Origin: Octopus vulgaris
Lineage: Eukaryota
Direction: 5' to 3'
Assembly: GCA_951406725.2 (NCBI GenBank)
Contig: OX597836.1
Coordinates: 14,632,001-14,696,000 of the forward strand
Length of the DNA stretch: 64,000 bases
Under the pieces are notes generated by a model. The model did not search any database. It was not told the DNA's origin and worked only from the letters and a program-made list of their open reading frames with translations. How positions within the stretch are numbered: position 1 is the stretch's first letter; the number at the start of each line of letters is the position of its first letter. Made by a program: the position numbers and the translations under genes. This document shows, in pieces, positions 26,432-39,898 of the stretch.

Positions 26432-26738
26432 TTTGTTTGTTGTTTTTGTTTGCTCCTTCTCGAGCCACGCCTGGTTCATAAGGGCCGGTTTCCCGGTTTT
26501 CTTGGCGTATGGGTTCCCCACCTGGACGGGACGCCAGTCCGTCGCAGGTGAGCTGCAAGATGCAGGAGGAAAGAGTAAGTGAAAGTTGTGGCGAAAGTGT
26601 CAGCAGAAGTTTCGCCATTACTTTCTGCCGGAGCTGCGTGGAGCTTAGGTGTTTCGTTCATAAACACACACATCGCCCGGGCTGAGATTCGAACCCGCGA
26701 TCCCTCGACAACGAATCCGCTGCTCTAATACTAGGCCA
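26432..26738 (-). mobile_element. tRNA-derived SINE, head C + tail 1, with (AAAC)n-like end
   Basis: Reverse-complement homologue of 9803-10108. B box GGTTCGAATCTC. Confidence 0.85.
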
Positions 26739-27248
26739 AATATAGATAAAAGTAAATAATGAAATGGATAGAGTAGGGATATTTAATCATGAAGTAGATC
26801 ATAGAAAGGTGGAATGATTATGTGAGAATCGTTAAATCCTAATTTCGCTCGGAGCGGTGAGCAGGTAGGCCCACTGGTATTCTTTTAAATGCGAGGGTGT
26901 TGTAACAGTGGACGGTATACTAGTTATACTTTGGGTGTGCAAATAAAGGAGGGGCTGAGAATCTACAAAGGAAGCATAGGAAGTAGAGCTACTATGGCGA
27001 CTTCATGTCCGGTAAGTTCACTGTCATCAATTCCCCGCAAAGTTCAGCGTAAGGAATGTTCGCTGCGAGGAAAGTTCACTGCGAGGAAAGTTCACTGCAA
27101 GGATAGTTTACGGAGAGATAAACTTCACAAGGGATATAATTAATAAACATCCTGGAAACAGCTGTAAGACATTCTATCTATAAATGTTCTAATATCTACA
27201 CAGCCTTGGTTTTTTATCTCTTTACGCAAAAAATTATTATATACGTAC

Positions 27249-27296
<48 letters not shown>

Positions 27297-27310
27297 TTAT
27301 TATATATATA

Positions 27311-27359
<49 letters not shown>

Positions 27360-27630
27360 GCATATATACATACACAAACATATATGCATATGTGTGTATG
27401 TATATATGCATGTATATATACATGCATATATATATATACAAATAGGATAAAATCTTTATAAGAATTTATGAAGTAGTTAGCGTGAAAAAACCTCATAAAG
27501 GAAAGATTTATTAATTATTCCCTTTAAATATATTTATATTAAGGAAATTACTTTAAGAGTCCCTCCTAACGTGAGGCATTTATGTATAGTAATGCCCTTA
27601 ATATAAATAAAAAAATATATATATATACAT

Positions 27631-27751
27631 ATCACCGTGATCCCCGTGACCGACCAGACTATCAGATGTTGCTACACATCGCTGGTCACAATGCGCTTCG
27701 CATTGTTTTAGCCTTCAAATGACGCCACCCCGCTGGCTAAGCGAGCAGGCC
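27631..27751 (-). mobile_element. Putative 3' end of a LINE/SINE ending in short tandem repeats
   Basis: GC-rich island between (TA)n tracts. The minus strand ends in CACGGGGAT-CACGGTGAT repeats, as RTE-type tails do. Single copy in this window. Confidence 0.35.
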
Positions 27752-27784
27752 ATATATACATATATGCATATATATACATGTGTA

Positions 27785-27825
<41 letters not shown>

Positions 27826-27968
27826 TTATGTGCCTGGGGCGTTTGACAGCACGTGAGGAGAAAATATAACGTTTCGATTAGATCTCTTCATCAAGGAGAT
27901 GAAGAGGGAAATGTTAAAGACAGATGAGTGTGGACTGATCGATAAGTATCTATATCAATGAAACACTG

Positions 27969-28006
<38 letters not shown>

Positions 28007-28053
28007 AGAGACCGATGAAGGGAGAGAGATGATGAGCGAGAGAGGGGGGAGGA

Positions 28054-28092
<39 letters not shown>

Positions 28093-28149
28093 ATAGGTGG
28101 AGATAGGGAAAAGAAATGGTATGAACGACAAGAAGCAGAGAGAAAGGGG

Positions 28150-28210
<61 letters not shown>

Positions 28211-28443
28211 AGAAAGAAGGAAAGAGAAAGAGAGAGAAACTGATTTAGCTAAATTTAGGTAGAAAGAGAAGAATATTTGTGTTAAAAGCTAGGGAGAGGA
28301 TCGACAGGGAAAAGGGGAGAGAGGTTGACAGACAGACAGACAGACAGACAGGGACGCAGGCAGGCAGACGGCCAGATTATTTGACAGATATCCATGTCAG
28401 CCATTAAAATGTGATAATGAAAATGTAAATTTTGCAGCCAACA

Positions 28444-28510
<67 letters not shown>

Positions 28511-29009
28511 GATATCTGACCAAATATAGGGCAATACATAGAGCAATGCATGCGTGCCTGTGTATACACACGCGCATGCGCGCGCGCATATATAGATAAA
28601 AATTTATACATTAATTTGTATAACAATATTAATGGGGAACATTTTAATTGAAACCTAAATACATAAAAGCAGGAATCAACCGTCAGCTACAACCACCACC
28701 ACTACTACTACTAATACTATTACTACTACTACTACTACTGCTACTGCTACTACTATCACCATCACTACCACCACCACCACTACCACCATCACCACCGCCA
28801 CCACTACCAGTCAGTACTACTACTACTACTACTACTGCTACTACTACTACTGCTGCTGCTGCTGCCACTACTACTACTACTACTACTACTGCTGCTGCTG
28901 CCACTACTACTACTACTACTACTACTGCTGCTACTGCTGCTGCTACTACTACAACTACTACTACTACGATTACTACTATTACTTCTACTACTACTACTAG
29001 TAATACAGT

Positions 29010-29077
<68 letters not shown>

Positions 29078-30193
29078 TTACTACTACTACTTCTACTACT
29101 ACTACTACTGCTACCACTACTACCACTTCGTCAAATCCAACAACGGCATTTAACGTCAACGGAAACATCTAAAAAACACACAAACAAAAAAACTGTCATA
29201 ACTTCTCAGAAGTAAAACACGAAAACAAACAAGAATACAAGAATAAAAGAAGAGTTTAGAATAGGAGAATACAAGACGACAAGAATACATGAATTCAAGA
29301 CAAGCCAAGCCAAGCAACAGCAGCAGCAGCAGCCTCAGTAGCAGTACCAGCAGCCAAGATAATCGATTTTAATGAGCGAGCAATTGTAGTTTAACCCCGA
29401 GGAGCGCCATTTTAATGAGTGTTAAAAATGAAAATAAAAAAAAAAGCTGACAATAAAAAACTGCAGTTATTAATGGTGGTGGTCGTCGTGGCGGATGGTG
29501 GGGTGGTTGGTAGTTTTGTGTGACGGTTAGTCCAGTGGCGTTGGCGGGCGTGGAGGCGATGAGGAGTCTGGTGGTGCTAGATGAGGTTGGTGAGAGCGAT
29601 AGAGAGCCTAGTGGTAAGGGGGTGACGGTGGTGGTGGTGGTGGTGGATGTGGTGCTGGTGGTGGATGTGGTGGTGGTGGTGGTGGTGGTAGTGATGGTGG
29701 TGGTGTCGGTGGTGGTGTTGGTGGTGGTGGTGGTAGTAGTGGTGGTGGTGGCGGTGGAGAAGGTGATGGATGTGGGGATCATGGATAATCTGGTGGTGCT
29801 AAATGGGGGTGTTGGAGAGTCTGGTGGTGGGGGCGCGTGTGTGATGACAGAGATTCTGGTCGCGGTGGTAGAGGTGGTGGCGGTGGTGGTGGTAGATATG
29901 GTAGTACTTTTAGAAAGCTATGGTGGTAGTAACGGTAGTAGAAGAGATGTAGATGGCGACGATGGCAACAGGGTGGGTGGTAGTGGGGGGAATGGTTGTA
30001 GGTGATGACAGAGGTGGTTGCGATAGCGGAAGTGGTAGTGGTGGTGGTGGAGGTAGTGATCGGCCGGAAGTGGGTATGGTGGCGCTGATGGTGGGCACAA
30101 TGGCAGAATGCAATGATGGGATTAACGCTGGTAGAAGAGATCGTTGCGGGTGTTAGTAGTAGTAGTAGTAGTAGTAGCAGTAGCAGCAGCAGC

Positions 30194-30261
<68 letters not shown>

Positions 30262-30464
30262 GTGTTGTTATTGTTGTTGCTGTTGTTGACAATAGATATT
30301 TTACTTCATGTATCCACCATTAAACTCAATGTCTCCGCCATAACAGGTCAATATTTTTGATTTATTATTATTGGGTATTGTAACTCGTGCTTTGATCTTG
30401 CCGTCCATGTCTTGGGCCCTTATGGCTAATAAAAGAAATCATTATTATTATTATTATTATCGTT

Positions 30465-31330
30465 GGGTGAGAGAGCAACACACGCCATCAAATGGACAGT
30501 GAGATAGAAATATTTGAAGCCCAATATATCCATCATGACTACACGTCTGATAAGGGTACACCAAACACATGCATCACAGCAATATGTGCGCGACGTGGTG
30601 ATCTTATATCAAGAAAAATAGCGCATGACCTTGCAGGTGGGGCCCGGTTACAATTTTCTTCAAATCAAGTAGCTCATCCCACTCAAGAGGTCTCTGAATA
30701 AGGCTTGTTTGAGGGTGATGACCGAAACACTCATGTTTCCAGAAGTGAATTATTCAAACCCCAAAGAATTCCTCTCAACACATGGCTATGATGCTCCCCC
30801 ACTACTTCTGCTCGTGATTAGAGATGCACATATCGTCAGTCACTATGGGACATGCTCAACCGGTTAAGGTCAAACAACTGACAAGCAAATCTGTGGCATT
30901 GAGCAGAACATTTGCTGTAGCCCTGATAAGGTACACCAAGCACATGCATCACAACCATATGTGCACAACATGGTGATCTCATATCAAAATAAACAGCGCA
31001 TGACCTTGCAGGTGGAGCCCAGTTAGAATTGTCTTCAGGCTGGGTAGCCCATTCTGCTCAAAAGGTCCCTGAATAAGGGTTGTATAAGGATGTTGAAAGA
31101 AACACTCATGTTTCCAAAGGTGAATTATCCAAACCCCAAAGAATTCCTCTCAACACATGGCTATGATGCTCTCCCACTACTTCTGCTCGTGGTCAGAGAT
31201 GCACGTATCGTCAGCCACTAACGGACATGCTCAACTGGTTACGGTCAAACAACTGACAAGCAAATCTGTGGTATTGAGCAGAATATTTGCTGTAGCCCAT
31301 CTTTTATACCAAGACCAAACAATGTACAAG
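30465..31330 (-). mobile_element. Second copy of the 22878-23688 element, with an internal ~376 bp tandem duplication
   Basis: CTGATAAGG(G)TACACCA...GCTGTAGCCC starts at both 30547 and 30923. Confidence 0.8.
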
Positions 31331-31520
31331 CAGCAGACAGTATGCCAGCATCGAAGTCCTCTTCAAAAGTGAGAAACTCGCACGTCAACATACAGTAACG
31401 CCCCGATGGAGTGAGGTCCTGTACCCATTTATATACAGCACTCACACACACATACATATGTGTGCGCATATGTATGTGTGTGCATATGTATGTATATGTA
31501 TGTATGTGTGTATATGTATG

Positions 31521-31577
<57 letters not shown>

Positions 31578-31677
31578 TGAAGATTAAAGGCTTCGAATGT
31601 CCCGTCCGTGTTTTTTGTATCGTCTTCTAAATGTTTTACGTTCTTGTCCCAGTTTGTATTTTTTTCTACATAAAATA

Positions 31678-31764
<87 letters not shown>

Positions 31765-31879
31765 TGTGTGTATGTGTGTGTGTGTGTGGGGGGTATCAGT
31801 TGAAGAAAGTTAAAACATGGTCTGGTTTTCGCGTTTTTTTTATTTTGTAATGCTCATAAAGTTAAATTAGCGATTTCAT

Positions 31880-32565
31880 ACACAATGTAATCATCAAATT
31901 TGAAATGTGTTTAACTGAGAGTTGAGTTCTTGCCATGGGAACGCGATTTGCTCCAGTTTTCGCGAACTCAGTATTAGAATACTTGGAACAAAACCTATAT
32001 AAAAAGAGATTGAAGAGAACCACGGCCTGATCTCTAAAAGACATATAGAGGACCCATGGAAAAGATACCTCGATGATTGTTTCCTAATTTGGACCAAATC
32101 CCTAGAAAATCTGGAAGAATTCAGCACCCTCCTCAATAATCTACACTTTAGTCTCAAATTCACTAGAGAAATGAGCAATACATAATTACCATTTCTTGAC
32201 ATAATGGTAATTAAAAACATCACAATCATAACTGATGTTTATTACAAAAGCGCAGATATACGCCAGTACCTAAATTTCAAATCATGCCACCCAATACACA
32301 CAAAACGCAACATCCTGTACTGTCTAGCCAGGAAAATTTGTACTATAGTCGATGATCCAAATACCAGAAACACACGGCTTATAGAACTCGAAAGATTTCT
32401 GCTCAAGCAAAAATACCCTCTCCTACTTATAGAAAATAGCATACAACGAGCAAAAGCGATACCTGTAGAACAACTTAGAGCAACACGAAAGAGATGAACT
32501 CATCAAAGGAACACAATACCATTTCTAGTAACACACAACCCACATCACCAAAACATCTTAAACAT
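31880..32565 (+). pseudogene. Penelope-like element reverse transcriptase fragment (decayed)
   Basis: LAMGTRFAPVFAN ... WKRYLDDCFLIW ... KFTRE...LPFLDIMV ... TDVYYKSADIRQYLNFKSCHP.HTKRNI..CLARKIC, matching PLE RT palm/thumb motifs. Contains a frameshift and a stop. Confidence 0.88.
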
Positions 32566-32827
<262 letters not shown>

Positions 32828-33719
32828 GTGTTAAAACTGACCCCATAAAAAACAAAAAATCAGTGACAGGCAGAGTCTGTAACAATGTATATCTTCTTGA
32901 AAAACTTTGTAAATTCTATACTGGAGGTATAATTATACTAGGTATTTTAAGAATAATTATACTAATGTGTCCATCTGTTCTAATTTGATTAATGCTCTGC
33001 ATTTTAAATTGATGTAATGATTGCATTGTTTAATTAAATAAAATATTAACTCGTTGCAGGCAAAATTTTCCGTTTTCATTTGCAATAGTCTCTCACATTC
33101 TCTCGCCTCTATTTTCGTTAATGATAATTTAATATATATTCATTTCAATGTTTTCATTTTAAGTTTTAATTTGCTATTTGCAAAATCCACAGTTTATTCT
33201 ATATACGTAATGTAAAAAAGAATATTTATTGAATGAATGCTATTAAACAAAATAACTTCCATGATATAGCATACCGGTATATATATGTATATACATTAAT
33301 TAAGAACTGATTTTGTTGGTATGGCTATTTGGAACACTGTAAGCCTTACAATAATAATTATGTGATCACCGATATTTCAAGCATGCTAAACGTAGTTGGG
33401 TTACCTTGAAGTTTGTTTAAATTAGAAATATATTACAACTACGATAAATTACTGAAAGAAATATTTACTAAGCAAGTGAGATTTTTCAGAAATTGAAGTT
33501 TTCAGGAAAATTTACTTTCTGAACTTACTTTTATTATTGAATATTTCAAGATCACAAATTTAAATATTTGGTACAAGGTAGTTTGTCATTCTTTCGCTTG
33601 AACCCGCACACTTCGTTAATTTCCGTAAAAATGTTTTACTTATTTACTTTTGGCGTGCCGTGTTCTGTTCTATGTATTGATAGTCACTCATACATGAACA
33701 CGTCTGTCTTTGTATGTAC

Positions 33720-33992
33720 TCTCTTTTACTCTTTTACTTGTTTCAGTCATTTGACTGTGGCCATGCTGAAGCACCGCCTTTAGTCGAGCAAATCGACCCC
33801 AGGACTTCTTTTTTGTAAGCCTAGTACTTATTCTATCGTTCAGTTTTGCCGAACCGCTAAGTTACTGGGACGTAAACACACCAGCATTGGTTGTCAAGCG
33901 ATGGGGGGGGGGGGGGCAACCACAAACGCACAAACATACACACACACACACACATAAGTACATATATACGACGGACTTCTTTCAGTTTCCGT
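33720..33992 (-). mobile_element. SINE family A tail half
   Basis: Matches the family A tail and the start of the internal segment. Confidence 0.8.
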
Positions 33993-34099
33993 GTGTATGT
34001 GTGTGTGAGAGAGACAGAGAGTTAGTGAAGGCGTCTGTTGTCATGTATACGTGCATTCATAAATACATATGCATACATCTCGTTTTGAATGTATATGTG

Positions 34100-34156
<57 letters not shown>

Positions 34157-34566
34157 CAGAAACAGAGAGTGTGTGTGTGATGTCTAAATAGCTCTCTTTC
34201 TCTCTCTCTCTCTCACACACACACAAATACACGTTCGTACATCTCACACACGTCCGTTTCATATACCCGTAAATACATCTTTCACTTTCTCCTCACTTTC
34301 ACTTTAAAAACAAAAGTAAATAAATAAATACATTTCACGGAAATTAACGAACAAAACCAGCTGTTCATTTTGGTATTTCTGAGTCTTCAACGCAAAGAAT
34401 GCCGATAGTTTTTAACGAGCTTTTATTTATACGATTTTTCATTTCACGTTTATTTCATCCATTGTTTTCAATGTTCTCCCTCATTCTCTCTCTCTCCCAC
34501 ACAAACACACACACACACACACACACACACCAACACACAGACACACAGACACACACACACACACAC

Positions 34567-34672
34567 ACACTATCTCTGTAATATAAACAAACACACTATC
34601 TCTCTATTATAAACACACACACTGTCTCTGTAATACAAAGACACACGTTGTCTCCGCAATATAAACACATAC
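34567..34672. repeat. 26-bp minisatellite, ~4 units
   Basis: Variants of CACTATCTCTGTAATATAAACAAACA in tandem. Confidence 0.7.
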
Positions 34673-35160
34673 ACTCCAGGTTTGACTGGCAGAAAACCGA
34701 TCATCATGATCTATGAACACGCATGCATCTCTTAAGGCCTGCTGGTACTTTGCAAAACTTTTGGCAAACGGAAAAATATTGAGGACTCAGTCTGCTCGAC
34801 AGCTTGAGGATAATTTATCGTGTGTTTTCTCGAGTGGACGGCAAGATCTGCTTTGCTCCGTACTACAAAACCACAATGACGGGTAATGTTTTCATTAAGA
34901 GAAGCATCGCTTTGCCAGCGTACATTCATGCTTACACGAAGCTCGTCCCGATGTAGGAGTCCACACACACACGCACACAAGCACACACACATACATACAT
35001 ACGTAAACATACATTTATATGCATATATATAAAGTATAAAAAGTCATGAGACATGAGAAGTTAATATATTTATTTAACCATTCGCCATCTTTAGGATTAC
35101 TGCCGTTTCGCAGCCTTCATCACGTAATAGTAATTTCAGTGTATAATATATGTGTGTGTT

Positions 35161-35218
<58 letters not shown>

Positions 35219-35294
35219 TGCAGCGTGGAAGGTGTTAGTATACCATTTAAAAACACACAAAAGCCGTTCGATTCACTTCAACATTTAAGTTTAA

Positions 35295-35345
35295 TTTGTC
35301 AAAATATTTTCGTCGCTTTGAGACCGCGACCTGTTCACTGACAAA
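35295..35345 (-). ncRNA. Minimal hammerhead-like motif, G3-C8 core variant
   Basis: Minus strand: UUUGUCA [GUGAACA] G GUCGC GGUCUCAAA GCGAC [GAAA] AUAU [UU] UGACAAA. 7-bp stem I, 5-bp stem II, palindromic AAUAUU stem III. Confidence 0.65.
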
Positions 35346-35360
35346 AATCCGTGCTGCGTT

Positions 35361-35410
35361 TTTGTCAGTGAAGAGGTCGCGGATTTTAGCGACGAAAATA
35401 TTTTGACAAA
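35361..35410 (+). ncRNA. Hammerhead-like motif in the opposite arm (G3/G8 mismatch, possibly inactive)
   Basis: UUUGUCA [GUGAAGA] G GUCGC GGAUUUUA GCGAC [GAAA] AUAU [UU] UGACAAA. Confidence 0.5.
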
Positions 35411-35547
35411 TTAAACTTAAATGTTGAAGTGAATCGAACGGCTTTTGTGTGTTTTTAAATGGCTTACAAACACCTTCCACGCTGCAATTGTTTTCGTTTC
35501 AGCACACGATCTCAGATCAAATTACTTGCTATGCGAGTACATCTCCG

Positions 35548-35608
<61 letters not shown>

Positions 35609-35638
35609 CATATAAATATATGTGTGTATGTGTATATA

Positions 35639-35710
<72 letters not shown>

Positions 35711-35712
<2 letters not shown>

Positions 35713-35960
35713 GAGGCGCGTGGCTTAGTAGTTAGGGTGCCAGCATCATGATCGTAAGATTGTGGTTTCGATTCCTGGACCGGGCGACTTGTTGTGTTCT
35801 TGGGCAAAACACTTCATTTCACGTTGCTCCAGTCAACTCACCTGGCGAAAATGAGCAACGCTGCGATGGACTGTCGTCCTGTCCAGCTGGGAGACACATA
35901 CGCCATTGAAACCGGGAAACCGGGCCCATGATCCTGGCTAGGCTTTAAAAGGGCGCATTT
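35711..35960 (+). mobile_element. tRNA-derived SINE, head D + tail 1
   Basis: A box TGGCTTAGTAG, B box GTTTCGATTCC, CORE-like TTCTTGGGCAAAACACTT. Tail AACGCTGCGATGGACTGTC.TCCTGTCCAGCTGGG...GAAACCGGGCCCATGA.CCTGGCTAGGCTT is shared with 63271-63589. Confidence 0.82.
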
Positions 35961-36025
35961 ATTTTATATATATATAAGTATGCACATATATGTATGCATG
36001 TGTATATATGTATATATGTATATAT

Positions 36026-36087
<62 letters not shown>

Positions 36088-36093
36088 TATATA

Positions 36094-36140
<47 letters not shown>

Positions 36141-36298
36141 AAACTATACACATACATATATATATATAAGTATACACATACATATATACATAAACACACA
36201 CACACACATATACATACATACATACATACATACACACATACATACATACATACATACATACATACATACATACATACATACATACATACATACATACA

Positions 36299-36329
<31 letters not shown>

Positions 36330-36833
36330 GCCCTCGAAGGTTCTGCAAAGTTTAGTCAACTAAATCTCACACGCATGATATTAGTCCAAACCGGGTTTCA
36401 AGTAAGTTAAAGATAGGTTAAAAGAGACTTCTTCAAGGTAACACACAAAAGGAATTAAACGCGGCATATAACGTGTATGTGTATGTGTGTATATAAATAA
36501 TTTACATATATGTGTGTGTGTTTGCATTCATATACTTGTGTATATCCATAAATATTTATGCATATATCTGCACGCAAAGCTATACAAACACGCACACATG
36601 CATACACATAGAGATGATAAAAATCTGCATACAACATAAATATTGAAATTCATATTAATATAGATATATTGTAAGTACTTTATTATACTTTATTATACTA
36701 TATTATATTATATTATATTTTATTATACTATACAGTACAGCGACGCCAATATAATATAACGTAATATAACATGTAATGCTTTCAGAGTTTATTATTAATT
36801 CAGCTACGTGTATATATATATATATATACATAC

Positions 36834-36976
<143 letters not shown>

Positions 36977-38083
36977 TATACATATATATGCATATGTGTT
37001 GATATATACTTACATACATTTATACTTATATATTTATGAATATAAATATGCGTGAGTATGTGTGTAAAGGAAAAACTTGCAGTGTGAAAAAGTAAATAAA
37101 GTAAATAAAATAAATAAATATAGGAGGGGAAAAATATATGTATATATAAAAACGAAAGCGTTTTTGATGTAATGAATAAAAAAAGTATAAGATGAAATGA
37201 TTAAAAAGATAAAAAGACTGAAAGATTGGATGGAAAAAAAATGTCTTATTTGAAGAAAAATAAGGGATAAAAAGAAAAAAAAAAGGAAAGAAAAGAAAGA
37301 AAGAAAGAAAGGAAGAGAAAGTGTTGAATGCAAAGTGACGAAAAGATATCGTAAAACTGTAAAAAGGCGGGAAAACCGAGTAAATGAGAAAAAGAAAATG
37401 GAGGGAAAATGAAAATATGTGATATAAATGTTATGAAAAATAACCATAAAAAATCCTGGAGATAGACAGATCAATAGGTTGATACGGGCGATATGTATGT
37501 ATGTACGTATGTATGTATGTATGTATGTCTGTATGTATGTATGTATGTATGTATGTATGTATGTATGTATGTATGTATTCATGTATGTATGTATATATAT
37601 ATATACATATGTATGTAGGTATATATTTATACTTATATTTATACGTAAATATACATGTATCCATGCATGTATATATATATATATATATATATTTACGTAT
37701 GTATATATACATATGTATATGGGGAGAGAAAGAGATATGCATTTTTTAATATGCACAAGTATAAAGACTATGCACACGCTAACGCACATATAGACTTACA
37801 CACACACAAACATACCCACACACACACATACCTATTTGCATATAGATATGAATATATATGCGTATATGTACTTATACACATACATACATACACACACATA
37901 TATATTTATGAATATGTATATATAAATGTATAATGTGTGTGTGTATTATGCAGTTAGATCAAGTAGATAACTTATTTCGATACACAATTAGGCTAGTGAG
38001 TAAACAGGTAATATATAAATACATATATATATATGGTGATGTTCCAGCATGACCGCAACCGCATGACTGAAACCAATAAAAGA

Positions 38084-38120
<37 letters not shown>

Positions 38121-38170
38121 CAGAGAGAGAGTGGGGGAAGAGGGGAAACGAGATGGTAAACAGAATTTGG

Positions 38171-38211
<41 letters not shown>

Positions 38212-38256
38212 CTATAGATAGACAGATAGACAGACAGACAGACAGACAGATAGATG

Positions 38257-38337
<81 letters not shown>

Positions 38338-38673
38338 GATAAATAGAAGAACTTGTTCATATCTGTATTGGTTAGTAGGTAGGCAAATACATACATTGGT
38401 AGATACCTAGATGTAGAATCAGACACATAGGCACTCAGAGAGGGAGAAAGACGTAGAAAAACAGACAGGTAGACAGACAAACAATCAGAAAGATAGACAA
38501 ATAGGTAGGTAGATAGATAGATAGAAAGAGAGAGAGAGAGAGAGACGTAGATCGGTATGTATGTAAGTATGTATGTAGGTAGGCAGGTATGTAGTTATGT
38601 AGGTAGGTAGGTAGGTAAGTATGTAGGTAGGTAGGTAGGTAGGTAGGTAGGTAGGTAGGTAGATATATATATT

Positions 38674-38747
<74 letters not shown>

Positions 38748-39404
38748 CAGAATCAGTTATTGAAAGAAAATTGAAAGAGAACTCTAACAAAAATGTAAAA
38801 TTATAAAGTTGTATACACACACACATATGTATGCACATATTTATATTCATACATACATACATACATACATGCATATTTATATATGTGTGTATGTATATGT
38901 GTGTGAGTATGTATGTATACGTTGTGTGCGTATATATATATATATATGATAGAAAAATAAAACAACTAATGGAGGAGGAGCAGAAATAAAGAATAATAAT
39001 GAATATATATATATATATAAATAAAAGGGAACGCTGCATAGAAAGAAAGAAAGGAAGAAAGAAAGAAAGGAAGAAAGAAAGAAAGGAAGAAAGAAAAAAT
39101 TAAAGAAGGAAAGAAAGAAAGGAAGAAGGAAGGAAAGAAATAAAGGAAGAAAGAGGGAGGAAGGAAAGGAGTAAGGAAGGAAGGAAGGACTATGGTAAAC
39201 AAGATGGCTACGCCTTCTACTATGTAACAACAACAACAATAACAACTGTGAGTCTCTTAGATGATTGGAAATAACATGAGACTGGTGTCGTAGATTGGAA
39301 CATAATGAAACCTCGGCCCCTTTGTGCTTCCGTACATAACGACATGTTAACACATGCGTCAGCCACTGTGCAACGTTTCATATACACACATACATGTTCC
39401 CGGC

Positions 39405-39501
<97 letters not shown>

Positions 39502-39701
39502 GTAGATGATACACACAGAGATGAAAATGCGGACATAGGTGCATACATGTATACATGTTGTGAGTATGGATGCACGTACGTACATACACATGCGCACACA
39601 CACAAATCTAATGTATATGTGTGTATGCGTATGTGTGTCCATGTCTATATAAATATTCATGTATCACACGCACACACCCTCTGTATAGCTATGTGTATAT
39701 A

Positions 39702-39758
<57 letters not shown>

Positions 39759-39769
39759 ATATGTATATA

Positions 39770-39898
<129 letters not shown>

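Larger units (their letters stand above)
35214..35491. repeat. ~134 bp-arm inverted repeat (inverted PLE-type terminal repeats), each arm carrying a hammerhead-like motif
   Basis: 35214-35347 is the reverse complement of ~35359-35491 with few mismatches. Embedded between (TA)n arrays. Confidence 0.92.

Noticed and set aside
27864-27897. Degenerate hammerhead-like strings (UUGAUGAAGAGAUCUAAUCGAAACGUU; also 4495-4530, 35096-35128, 42389-42405)
   Set aside because: Each lacks stem I, a UH site or GAAA. They are probably decayed PLE ends but are not callable.
34676-34965. Complex sequence with a possible acceptor (CCAG|G) and donor (GG|GTAATG)
   Set aside because: There are stops in the frames read from the acceptor and no recognisable protein motif, so an exon cannot be supported.
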